DNA of 44,716 nt from a virus (taxonomy: Duplodnaviria > Caudoviricetes): positions 1-44,716 of IMG/VR virus record IMGVR_UViG_3300023223_000058; one strand, given 5' to 3'. A program made the translations under genes and the position numbers. Each line of letters starts with the position of its first letter. Within the stretch, counting starts at the first letter, position 1. The notes beneath the pieces are model-generated. The model did no database searches. It was not told the origin of the DNA and was given only the letters and a program-made list of their open reading frames with translations. Shown here piece by piece: positions 24,574-32,909 of the stretch.

Positions 24574-24650
24574 GATGCTGTCGTCTAGCGGCCTAGGACA
24601 CATGGTTTTCATCCATGTAATCGCGGGTTCAAATCCCGTCAGCATCACCA
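24574..24650 (+). tRNA. tRNA-Glu (TTC)
   Basis: Acceptor GATGCTG/CAGCATC, D arm GTCTAGCGGCCTAGGAC, anticodon arm CATGG-TTTTCAT-CCATG, GGTTCAAATCC, ACCA. Confidence 0.95.
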
Positions 24651-24721
24651 GATTCTTAGGTAGCACCTGAGATATAGGTTAGGTTTCTCGCGATCCTCCC
24701 GAATAATAATTAAAAAGCGTC

Positions 24722-24792
24722 CACACGGTGACGGTTGTCCTTCCTCAGGTTCTACTGAGGTTGCGGGGGTTCGAGACCCTTGGCTGTGTCCA
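24722..24792 (+). pseudogene. Degenerate tRNA-like element
   Basis: GGGGGTTCGAGACCC T-arm, CCTCAG-GTTCTA-CTGAGG arm and 3' CCA; acceptor stem imperfect and D arm weak. Confidence 0.5.
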
Positions 24793-25065
24793 GTAGTACC
24801 ATGTGTGTTCCAACTCTGCCATAAGTAGGAACATCAGCTACACATAATCCATATGTTCACGACTCGTGAACTACAGAATACATTGAACTAAGAAACGAGA
24901 TTAAGTCTGAATGACTTGAGGCCCTACCTGTGAATCCCTGAGGGGATGACCATGAGAGGATACCCGATAGAATTACGGCTTGAGCAGTAGACCTATGCAT
25001 ACGCTAGGTACCTCAAAAGCTCGAATCTCGAGCCCCTTATTCAAGTATTTTATGGAGCCCTTAAT

Positions 25066-26055
25066 ATGGCTAACGCAACTCCGACCAATCTAGGTCAAGT
25101 CAATAACGCAGGTGCTACCGATGCCCTGTTTCTCAAGATGTACGCAGGCATGGTCCTCGCCGCATATGCTCGTTTCAACCAGTTTGAAGCCAAAGCATTT
25201 GTCAAGATGGTCACCGCTGGTAAGTCCGCTAGTTTCCCCGCAATCGGTCGCTCAACCGCTGAGTATCACACCATTGGTGCAGAGCTCCTTGGTAACACCG
25301 TCAACCAAAATGAAGTCATCATCACTGCTGACGCTCAAATGGTTGCACATGAGTTCATCGCTGAGTGGGAAGACCTTGTTAATCACTTTGAAGTCCACTC
25401 GATCATCGCCTCTGAGCAGGGTAAAGCCCTAGCCACCCAGACCGATCGTCATCTGTTGATCGAATTGTTTAACGGCGCTTGTTCCAATGGTGCCACTGGT
25501 GCCGCCACTGCCGCTACCGTAACTGGTCTTGGCTCTGGTACCGTTATTACGGACACTGGTCTAGCCTCTGGTACCGACACCACCAAAGTAGCCGCTATCA
25601 TCGCCGCAATCCGTCAGTCCGCTGTCGCATTGGATGGTAATGATGCTCCTACTGATGGCCGCTTTGCAGTCATGAATCCAACGGACTACTACCTCTTGGT
25701 TAACACCGCTCAGACCAATGGTTTCTCTGCTATCAACGCAGACTATGGAACCTCTGGCTCGCTGGCAGAAGGTAAGGTCTTTCGTATCGATGGTATTGAT
25801 ATCGTCAAGACGAACAACCTCCCTACCACGAACCTATCGGCCTCTGGTATTGACACCTATCACAGCGCAGACTTCAGCAAGACCGTTGGTCTCGTTGGTG
25901 TCCAGAACTGTGTTGGTATGACGAAGCTCCAAAGCATCAAGTCGACCTCGCACGATGATGTTCGCCGCCTCGGTGACCTTTTGGTCAGCCGTCAAGTGGT
26001 TGGTATCAAGGCCCTACGGCCTGAGTGTTGTGTCGCTTGGCGTGACGAAGCCTAA
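25066..26055 (+). CDS. gp10: Major capsid protein
   Basis: ALFLKMYAGMVL, GKSASFP.IGR, G.ALA...D, G....LRPEC. Confidence 0.97.
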   Translation: MANATPTNLGQVNNAGATDALFLKMYAGMVLAAYARFNQFEAKAFVKMVTAGKSASFPAIGRSTAEYHTIGAELLGNTVNQNEVIITADAQMVAHEFIAEWEDLVNHFEVHSIIASEQGKALATQTDRHLLIELFNGACSNGATGAATAATVTGLGSGTVITDTGLASGTDTTKVAAIIAAIRQSAVALDGNDAPTDGRFAVMNPTDYYLLVNTAQTNGFSAINADYGTSGSLAEGKVFRIDGIDIVKTNNLPTTNLSASGIDTYHSADFSKTVGLVGVQNCVGMTKLQSIKSTSHDDVRRLGDLLVSRQVVGIKALRPECCVAWRDEA

Positions 26056-26068
26056 GCATCACCCTCTT

Positions 26069-26113
26069 AAGACCCCCATGTTTCCCTCACAGGATTCATG
26101 GGGGTTTTTTTTT
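26069..26113 (+). terminator. Terminator after capsid (T-phi equivalent)
   Basis: ACCCCCATG...CATGGGGGT stem followed by a long T run. Confidence 0.88.
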
Positions 26114-26142
26114 ATTCATCTTCATTTTCTAAGGAGCCTCTT

Positions 26143-26313
26143 ATGGCCCAATACACCACATCTATCTGCAAGACCACAGGTAAACAGGTCACCACATGTA
26201 CCGGAGCTGACCCTGAGACCCCAGAGCCCGCACCAGCCCGCACCAGCCCTAGCGGCGCCACTGGGGCACCCAAGGCCACCAAGGCCCCTCGTAAGACCCA
26301 ATCTAAGAAGTAA
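26143..26313 (+). CDS. Small hypothetical protein
   Basis: AAGGAG RBS; ATG at 26143. Confidence 0.6.
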   Translation: MAQYTTSICKTTGKQVTTCTGADPETPEPAPARTSPSGATGAPKATKAPRKTQSKK

Positions 26314-26330
26314 GACCTAAGGAGGCCCCA

Positions 26331-26933
26331 GTGGCTAGAACAACAGAACTAGAAGCTGTCAATGAGATGCTCATGATGGCTGGAATTACCGAGGTTGCTG
26401 ACCTTGGGGCCTCCACTCTTCTCAATGTAGATGAGGCTAATCAAGCCCTCAACATCCTGAGACGCAAGAGCCGAGAGCTTCAATCAGCAGGGCTCCACTG
26501 TAACTCAGAGGTCCGAGTGACCCTCAGTCCCAATGGATCCGATGAGATCGATGTGCCTACGAATGTTTTGTCTATCGACATCTCGGATCAGAGGTATCCT
26601 GATGTGACCTTTCGAGACGACAAGCTCTACAACCTCACTGAACACAGTTTCACCGTATTCACTGTCGATGTCGAATGTGACATCACCTACGAGCTACCCT
26701 ATGAGGAGCTACCGGAGCATGTGAGACGAGTGGTCAACATTCGGTCCGGTCGAGACTTTGTACTTAGGTACATCAGAGACACAGAGCTTTGGCAATCCCT
26801 AGGACTAGAGGAACAAGCGGCCACCCGTGCGTTCCAAGATATCGAGGCAGACACATCTGACTATAACATGTTAGACGGTTGGCCCTCAAATGAATTTCTA
26901 CGGCGCTCGCCATCCAATGGACGAGTGCTATAA
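26331..26933 (+). CDS. gp11: Tail tubular protein A (adaptor)
   Basis: TELEAVNEML, QS.G...N.E, LP+EELP; AAGGAGG RBS with GTG start. Confidence 0.93.
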   Translation: MARTTELEAVNEMLMMAGITEVADLGASTLLNVDEANQALNILRRKSRELQSAGLHCNSEVRVTLSPNGSDEIDVPTNVLSIDISDQRYPDVTFRDDKLYNLTEHSFTVFTVDVECDITYELPYEELPEHVRRVVNIRSGRDFVLRYIRDTELWQSLGLEEQAATRAFQDIEADTSDYNMLDGWPSNEFLRRSPSNGRVL

Positions 26934-26945
26934 CGGAGGTGCCCT

Positions 26946-29792
26946 ATGGGTCGCGTAAGTAAAACAACACAGGCTCTCTATAATGGGGTGTCCCAGCAGG
27001 CCGCAGGGCTCCAGTTGGACTCACAGGTCGAAGAGATGGTCAACATGTGGCCTGATGTGGCTAGGGGGGTGTCTCGTAGGAGCCCTACGACCCATGTGAT
27101 GCGTCCTAGCTGGGATATACCCGAAGACTGGGATCCAGTAGCCGAACACATGAAGCACTTCTCCCATAAGATCGATAAATCCCAAGACGAGAGGTATATA
27201 GTCCACTTCTCAGCACCTCCTACTCCCATGCTTCCTAAGACTAGGATTGATGTTGTAGACCTCGCTGGTAATGAATTGCCTGTAATCTATGATACCACTG
27301 ATGCCTCGGATTATATTGAGTCATCGCCTACAACATATGGCGCAGGAGGTCTCCTAAGAGCTGTCACGGTGCTTGATACCACATTCCTAGTGAACACCTC
27401 AGTTACCCCTGCGATGACCTCAGCGTTATCCCAGTGGGGTGAGTCCTTGGCCAACAAGACCTACAAGTGGACCCTAAGTGGCTCAGGTACCAATGAGTAC
27501 TATGTGAACCTTGTGACTGGTACGGATGAGGATACGAACCAAGACGGGACCCCCGATGGTGTCATAGTATTTGATCCGATCCTTAGTAGACCTGAGGAGG
27601 TCCTAGAGAACTCCATTGAGATCCCTGAGGGTACTTTGGGCTCCCTAACGGCTGGTCAGTGGGCCTTCGGTGATAACGACACCCTAGGATACGATACGGT
27701 CTATGTGCGCCTCACGGATAACACAGACCCTGATGTTAAAGCTGATGACTTTGTGTTCATGAAGTCATCCCAAGACTTCGCCTACATCCATGTGTCCTCT
27801 CAGGGTGGTCGAGATAATGTATCCCTTGAGATCGATGGACACTCAGCTCAAAGACGACCCGATGGTGGTGATGTTGATGACCTCATAGTCGCCTACCGGA
27901 CATTAGCTAACACAGACCTAGCGGCCACAGGGATCCAAGCGAGATTCACAGGTGCTGGGGGGTCTCTATCGGCTACCCTTAGGTTGACCATGGAGAACTC
28001 TGGAGTCAATGAGGACTTCAACGCTAAGATCTCAGAGTATGGGAACATGCATCTGATCAAGAACAAGGTTGATAAGTTCTCCGACCTCCCGCCTCAGGGC
28101 CGCGATGGGGATATCCTAGAGGTCACAGGTGAGGCCGCAGAGTCCACAGGTGGCTCTTACTATGTCAGGTACGATGAGGACACCAACAGATGGGTTGAGA
28201 CCCTACCTGATGGTCTAGCCTTCGAGATCGATCCGACCACCATGCCTCATAAGATGACCCGCCTACAAGATGATGGTGGTGGGACTGTCACAGGTACCCC
28301 CAATCAGCTCTACTTCTTTGTAGAGGCTATCGACTGGATCGACAGATCCGTTGGTGACGACAGCTCCAATCCGATCCCTAGTTTCATTGGGACACCTATC
28401 GAGGACATCTTCTTCTATCAGAATCGCCTAGGGTTCGCCTCAGGTGAGAATGTGATCATGAGTCAGACCAAAGAGTACTTCAATTACTTTGCTCAGACGA
28501 CCACAGATGTGATTGATGATGATCCTATTGATGTGACCATTGGTACCAACTCAGCCGTTACGATTAAATGGGTGTTCCCCTTTACGAACTCCTTGGAGCT
28601 CATTGGTACCAACAGACAATTCAGTCTACACGCGGGGACCTCTAATCCTGCGCTGACTCCTAGTAATACTGTGGTTGACCCGACGACCTCTCTTGAGGTT
28701 GCACCTGATGTCAGACCCGCAGAGTTGAATAATTCTCTATTCCTCCTTGTCTCTAGGGGGGACTTTGCTGAGATCTATAGGTATCAAGTGGACCCAGAGG
28801 GTACAAACACTAGAGCCTTTAGTATCTCCAGACATGTACCAACATACATCAAAGATCAAGAAGTAGACCTCAACCTAGGCACAGGTGGTAGGATAGTAGA
28901 GCTAAGAGCGTGTGCTCTCACTCAGACACTATTTGCGATAAATGGCGGCTTCAACCAGTTAAACGGTGGGACGCTGGATAACCATACAGCTAAGATCTTC
29001 GTGTACTCCATGTTTGAGCAGGGAGGTGAGCTGGTACAATCAGCTTGGCATACATGGACACTCCCTGCGATATCATGTGAGGTCTTCGGATCTCACATCT
29101 ACATGTTGTGTCTACGAGAGGAATCGGCCTCAACAGAGCCGCTAGCCTCTCACTGGGACACCCATATGGAGGTGATGTCGTTACATCCAGAAGGTCACGG
29201 CCCGAATAAGGATGGCTACTTAGATGACCTTGAGTCTGTCACCTTACTCACCACCTCGACTTATAATCTTGAATGGGATGTTCCTATACTCACGAATGGT
29301 CTAACTAATAGACTCACAGTGGCTACTGGTGCCGATGGGGATCTCGAACTGATATCAGAGGGTTACCTCTCTAGGGTATTCGTTGGTCCCCACTACACCT
29401 ACACACATACAGCCTTATCCTCCAATGATACGGATGATTTCGTAGGGTTCACCTATGACTCATTCATACAGCAATCTGAGGTCATCCTACGAGCATCGGA
29501 TGGTGGTATTAAGGTTGGAAAACTGATCCACCTATCTACAGCAGTCCACCCCATCGATGGGGATCTAGTGTGCCTTAAGGTCTCCTCGAAGACCCGAGGG
29601 GCCGAGCTGTCCTCTCGCCTGTTCACTGTGGACTCCACGAAAGGAGCCAACAACGCCAGTGATCCTACGATTGGTGTCCACCTACGATCAGATGATGCTC
29701 AGGTGTATGTGTATTCCAATAAGATTGCCCCTTTGACAATACAAGGGGTCTCATGGACCGCCAACTACATCAACCACTCCCGTACCCTCTAA
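26946..29792 (+). CDS. gp12: Tail tubular protein B (nozzle) with inserted domain
   Basis: L..GVSQQ, W.ET, MPH, W..R..GDD.SNP.PSF.G, FFYQNRLGF.SGENVIMS, DDDPID, QSAWH.W. Confidence 0.95.
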   Translation: MGRVSKTTQALYNGVSQQAAGLQLDSQVEEMVNMWPDVARGVSRRSPTTHVMRPSWDIPEDWDPVAEHMKHFSHKIDKSQDERYIVHFSAPPTPMLPKTRIDVVDLAGNELPVIYDTTDASDYIESSPTTYGAGGLLRAVTVLDTTFLVNTSVTPAMTSALSQWGESLANKTYKWTLSGSGTNEYYVNLVTGTDEDTNQDGTPDGVIVFDPILSRPEEVLENSIEIPEGTLGSLTAGQWAFGDNDTLGYDTVYVRLTDNTDPDVKADDFVFMKSSQDFAYIHVSSQGGRDNVSLEIDGHSAQRRPDGGDVDDLIVAYRTLANTDLAATGIQARFTGAGGSLSATLRLTMENSGVNEDFNAKISEYGNMHLIKNKVDKFSDLPPQGRDGDILEVTGEAAESTGGSYYVRYDEDTNRWVETLPDGLAFEIDPTTMPHKMTRLQDDGGGTVTGTPNQLYFFVEAIDWIDRSVGDDSSNPIPSFIGTPIEDIFFYQNRLGFASGENVIMSQTKEYFNYFAQTTTDVIDDDPIDVTIGTNSAVTIKWVFPFTNSLELIGTNRQFSLHAGTSNPALTPSNTVVDPTTSLEVAPDVRPAELNNSLFLLVSRGDFAEIYRYQVDPEGTNTRAFSISRHVPTYIKDQEVDLNLGTGGRIVELRACALTQTLFAINGGFNQLNGGTLDNHTAKIFVYSMFEQGGELVQSAWHTWTLPAISCEVFGSHIYMLCLREESASTEPLASHWDTHMEVMSLHPEGHGPNKDGYLDDLESVTLLTTSTYNLEWDVPILTNGLTNRLTVATGADGDLELISEGYLSRVFVGPHYTYTHTALSSNDTDDFVGFTYDSFIQQSEVILRASDGGIKVGKLIHLSTAVHPIDGDLVCLKVSSKTRGAELSSRLFTVDSTKGANNASDPTIGVHLRSDDAQVYVYSNKIAPLTIQGVSWTANYINHSRTL

Positions 29793-29801
29793 GGAATCCC
29801 T

Positions 29802-30278
29802 ATGAAACCAACAGCAACCTACAGATACATGAGATATGGAGACATACCTCGTGTGACCCAGATGACCCTAGCGCCAGCAGACACCCAAGAGGCCCTAGAC
29901 GGCTCAGGGTGTACCACGGTCCCTAGGGCTTTATCAAAGTGCCTAGAGATCTCAAAGGTCTCATGGGTCATCGAGGATGCCACAGGGATCATAGGAGTCT
30001 TTGGGCTTGGGTCTCGAGAGGGTCAGGTGTTTCCTTGGCTCCTCGGGACCGAGCGGTTACACAAGGACCACTGGTTTGCCCTCAGCCGACAAGCGAAGCT
30101 GGTGGTGGATCAGTGGTCCCTGATGTTCCCTGAGATGCTCAACCTCGTATGGTCTGAGAACCTGAGGGTCATCAAGTGGCTCAAGTGGTTAGGCTTTGGG
30201 TTTCCAGATGTGAAACCTCACGAGATCAACGGTCGGAAGTATTTAATCTTTAAACGAACAGGAGGTGCCTATGTGTAA
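29802..30278 (+). CDS. gp13: Internal virion protein A / GNAT-like (gp13-like)
   Basis: D.QEA, PWLLGT, N.VW..N...IKWLKWLGF; synteny. Confidence 0.85.
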   Translation: MKPTATYRYMRYGDIPRVTQMTLAPADTQEALDGSGCTTVPRALSKCLEISKVSWVIEDATGIIGVFGLGSREGQVFPWLLGTERLHKDHWFALSRQAKLVVDQWSLMFPEMLNLVWSENLRVIKWLKWLGFGFPDVKPHEINGRKYLIFKRTGGAYV

Positions 30279-30855
30279 CCCCGTTTTAATTATGGGAGGC
30301 ATTAGCGCCCTCAGCTCTGTCGCCTCCTCTGTTGGGGCGAACCAGCAGGCCCAAGCACAGATGGACGCCGCAGTCGCATCTAACGAACAACAACAGGCGG
30401 CACTTCAGCTCCAACAGGTCCAGATAAACCAAGCGGCCTCTCAGGAAGCCCAAGACCGAGCGGCTCAAACGAACCGAGAGCTCGGCAAGTTCATGGTGGC
30501 CGCAGGTGCCTCAGGTGTCTCAGGGGTATCCCTAGACCGACAGGACTCAGCGATCACCACAGGTGAACAGTTGGATCTTGGGGTCCTAGCGACCAACAGA
30601 GAAAACAAGATCGAACAGTCGCAGTTGCAGGCCCTTGGGGTCCGAGCGCAGGCCCAAGGTCGAGTGAACCAAGCGGAGTCCAGCGGTGTTGGACCTCTTC
30701 AGGGTATCCTAGGGATCGCCTCAGGTGCCGCCTCAGGTGCCGCCGCAGGCTCTCAGCTCTCTGGGATCTTTGGTGCTGGGGCTACAGCGGTTCCTACGAA
30801 GGCCTTTGGTCCTCAGCCCGCACCAGTACCATTCATGCTCTCAGGAGGCTTCTAG
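30271..30855 (+). CDS. gp14: Internal virion protein B
   Basis: MCNP start; Ala/Gln-rich; ASGVSG.S motif. Confidence 0.85.
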   Translation: MCNPVLIMGGISALSSVASSVGANQQAQAQMDAAVASNEQQQAALQLQQVQINQAASQEAQDRAAQTNRELGKFMVAAGASGVSGVSLDRQDSAITTGEQLDLGVLATNRENKIEQSQLQALGVRAQAQGRVNQAESSGVGPLQGILGIASGAASGAAAGSQLSGIFGAGATAVPTKAFGPQPAPVPFMLSGGF

Positions 30856-32895
30856 ATGGCAAAGACAACAAATGTAGATCGGAACATCGATCAACGAGAT
30901 GTCCATGAGTTTCGTCCGAGGCTTCAGGTCACAGCGAGGCCCGTAGACACCTTTGTAACCCCTGTGGCGAACAATAAGGCCACACGCCTAGCTCAGAGCC
31001 TAGGGATCCTACAGCAGGGCCTAGGGGCTGTGGGACAGCTTAAGGGGCTTCAGAACCAGAAGGCTGAACAGGAGGGCCATGAGGCTTTCCTGAGGGGCGA
31101 TGAGACCCCAGAGCAGGTGGAGGGTATTAAGAAGTGGGTGACCTCTCAGAACCTTAAGAGGGAGTCGTTCCTTGCTATCAAAGGACAGGCTGATGTGGTC
31201 AAGATGGTCCCAGACCTCGAGGCTATCGTTGCCAGCACCTCAAGCACCGCTGAGGCCAAGCAGGCCCTGTTGGAGCTTCGAGAGGAACACATCGCAGGCG
31301 CAGGAGGATCCAATGGGTACCTAAGCACCTTCGTACCAGACTTTGATTCTAAAGCCTCCAAGGTGCTCTCGCAAGTGGGAGCCAAGGAACGGCTGGCTGG
31401 AGCTAAGACTTTACAGGACCAACAGGTCACCCTGATTACCGATCAGCTCAATGGGATCGTAAGTGCCCAGATGCCAACCCATGAGACCACAGGTCGGACC
31501 TTGACCCGCACAGAGCTCCTTAGGGACCCTGAGGCGTACGAAGAGTTCAAGGGGACCTTTGACTCGGTATCAGCCGCCAAAGAGCTTAGAGGTATGCTAA
31601 CGGAGGTCCAAGGGGCCTTTAAGGACGCTGGGTTGTCTGACAACTCTACGGTCTCTAAGTTCTTTGTTAAAGAGATCACCAAGACCGCTGTGGACCTAGG
31701 GCTCCCTGAGTTGCTAGACTTCACTCTCATTGAAGAGTCTGGGGTCAAACTCAGTGCTGTCATGAGGGACGACATCGATCTCGCAAGAGCCGCCGCTGAG
31801 AGGCGTGAGGGTCAGATGGAGAAGATCACTGAGGAGAACAAGCGAGACTATCGGACTGGTGTTGAGGAGACCTTGAACCACGATTCGATGATTGCTATCA
31901 ATGATGTTCGTAAGGCCAACCTATTGTCAGGCACCGAGAGAGTAGACGCTCTTGAGGCCGCTCAGGCTAAACTGGATGAGATCACAGACCGAGCCACCTT
32001 TGATGAGCTTGGGGGTTGGGATCCAGCGAAGGCTGACTTCATCAGTCGGCATATGGAAGCCGCTAACCTCATCAAGGATAAACCTGATCCATCTATCATA
32101 GCTGAGGGTCACCGACTGTGGGCCGAGGGAGACCTCACCGCCGACTGGGTGGTCACACATCTATCCTCAGGTGCCCTAGGTGCCCAAGCGGATAACTTCG
32201 CATCCAAGGCCAACAGGGTCACAGAGGGTGCTAAAGTCACTCAGATCCGGTTGGACCAAGATGCATCTGATGTTGCCTTTCAGGACTCCGCTATGACCTC
32301 TATCGCCGCAATCGATGAGGCTGGTGGGACACCTAAGAGATATGGGGACATCAGGAAACGCAAGTACACCGCTAGACTAGCCGATCTATTCAAGTCAGGC
32401 AAGAACGACCCCGAGGACCTACGAGCCATGCGGTTGGAGATTGATGCTGAGATGTCGACCATCATTGATGCTGATGTGACAGCGGCTCAACGGGCTCTTA
32501 AGACAGAGCAGTTAGCCGCAGGTCAGAAGAATGTCGAGGCTGGTAAGAGTGGAAAGAACCTATCTGATGACGAGCGCCTTCAAGTGGCCTCTCAGAGATC
32601 TGATGGTCCTATCATTGATGTGCAACCCACAGAGCTCTCAGATGACCCCCCGACCCCCGAGACCACAGCGGATCCAGTGTCAGCCCCAGATGAACCTGAG
32701 GCTCCCAAGGCACCTAAGAAACCATCGACACCTAAGCCATCCAAACCTGACGCAGGTCTAGCCATCAGTGGCTCTAAGATAGCCGAGAGGCAGAAGATTG
32801 CCACAGACTTCATAGATACTATCAGGGGATTCCCTCGGGTGGCGATAGATGAGATCATGGATGCTATCACTCGTGATGTTCATAAACCAAGATAA
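30856..32895 (+). CDS. Internal virion protein C (gp15-like)
   Basis: Synteny; TARPVDTFV..P...LAQSL N-terminus; helical. Confidence 0.7.
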   Translation: MAKTTNVDRNIDQRDVHEFRPRLQVTARPVDTFVTPVANNKATRLAQSLGILQQGLGAVGQLKGLQNQKAEQEGHEAFLRGDETPEQVEGIKKWVTSQNLKRESFLAIKGQADVVKMVPDLEAIVASTSSTAEAKQALLELREEHIAGAGGSNGYLSTFVPDFDSKASKVLSQVGAKERLAGAKTLQDQQVTLITDQLNGIVSAQMPTHETTGRTLTRTELLRDPEAYEEFKGTFDSVSAAKELRGMLTEVQGAFKDAGLSDNSTVSKFFVKEITKTAVDLGLPELLDFTLIEESGVKLSAVMRDDIDLARAAAERREGQMEKITEENKRDYRTGVEETLNHDSMIAINDVRKANLLSGTERVDALEAAQAKLDEITDRATFDELGGWDPAKADFISRHMEAANLIKDKPDPSIIAEGHRLWAEGDLTADWVVTHLSSGALGAQADNFASKANRVTEGAKVTQIRLDQDASDVAFQDSAMTSIAAIDEAGGTPKRYGDIRKRKYTARLADLFKSGKNDPEDLRAMRLEIDAEMSTIIDADVTAAQRALKTEQLAAGQKNVEAGKSGKNLSDDERLQVASQRSDGPIIDVQPTELSDDPPTPETTADPVSAPDEPEAPKAPKKPSTPKPSKPDAGLAISGSKIAERQKIATDFIDTIRGFPRVAIDEIMDAITRDVHKPR

Positions 32896-32909
32896 CGGAG
32901 TAACAAGAT

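Noticed and set aside
24651-24720. HDV-like (theta) ribozyme after tRNA-Glu
   Set aside because: TTCTCGCG resembles an L3 loop, but I could not build convincing P1 and P2 helices.
24722-24792. Amber suppressor tRNA implying TAG recoding
   Set aside because: Loop geometry is non-canonical, core genes are intact in the standard code, and TAG ends several genes including the scaffold.
25955-26320. gp10B-style frameshifted capsid extension
   Set aside because: No clear slippery site; the overlapping frame crosses the terminator and looks non-coding.
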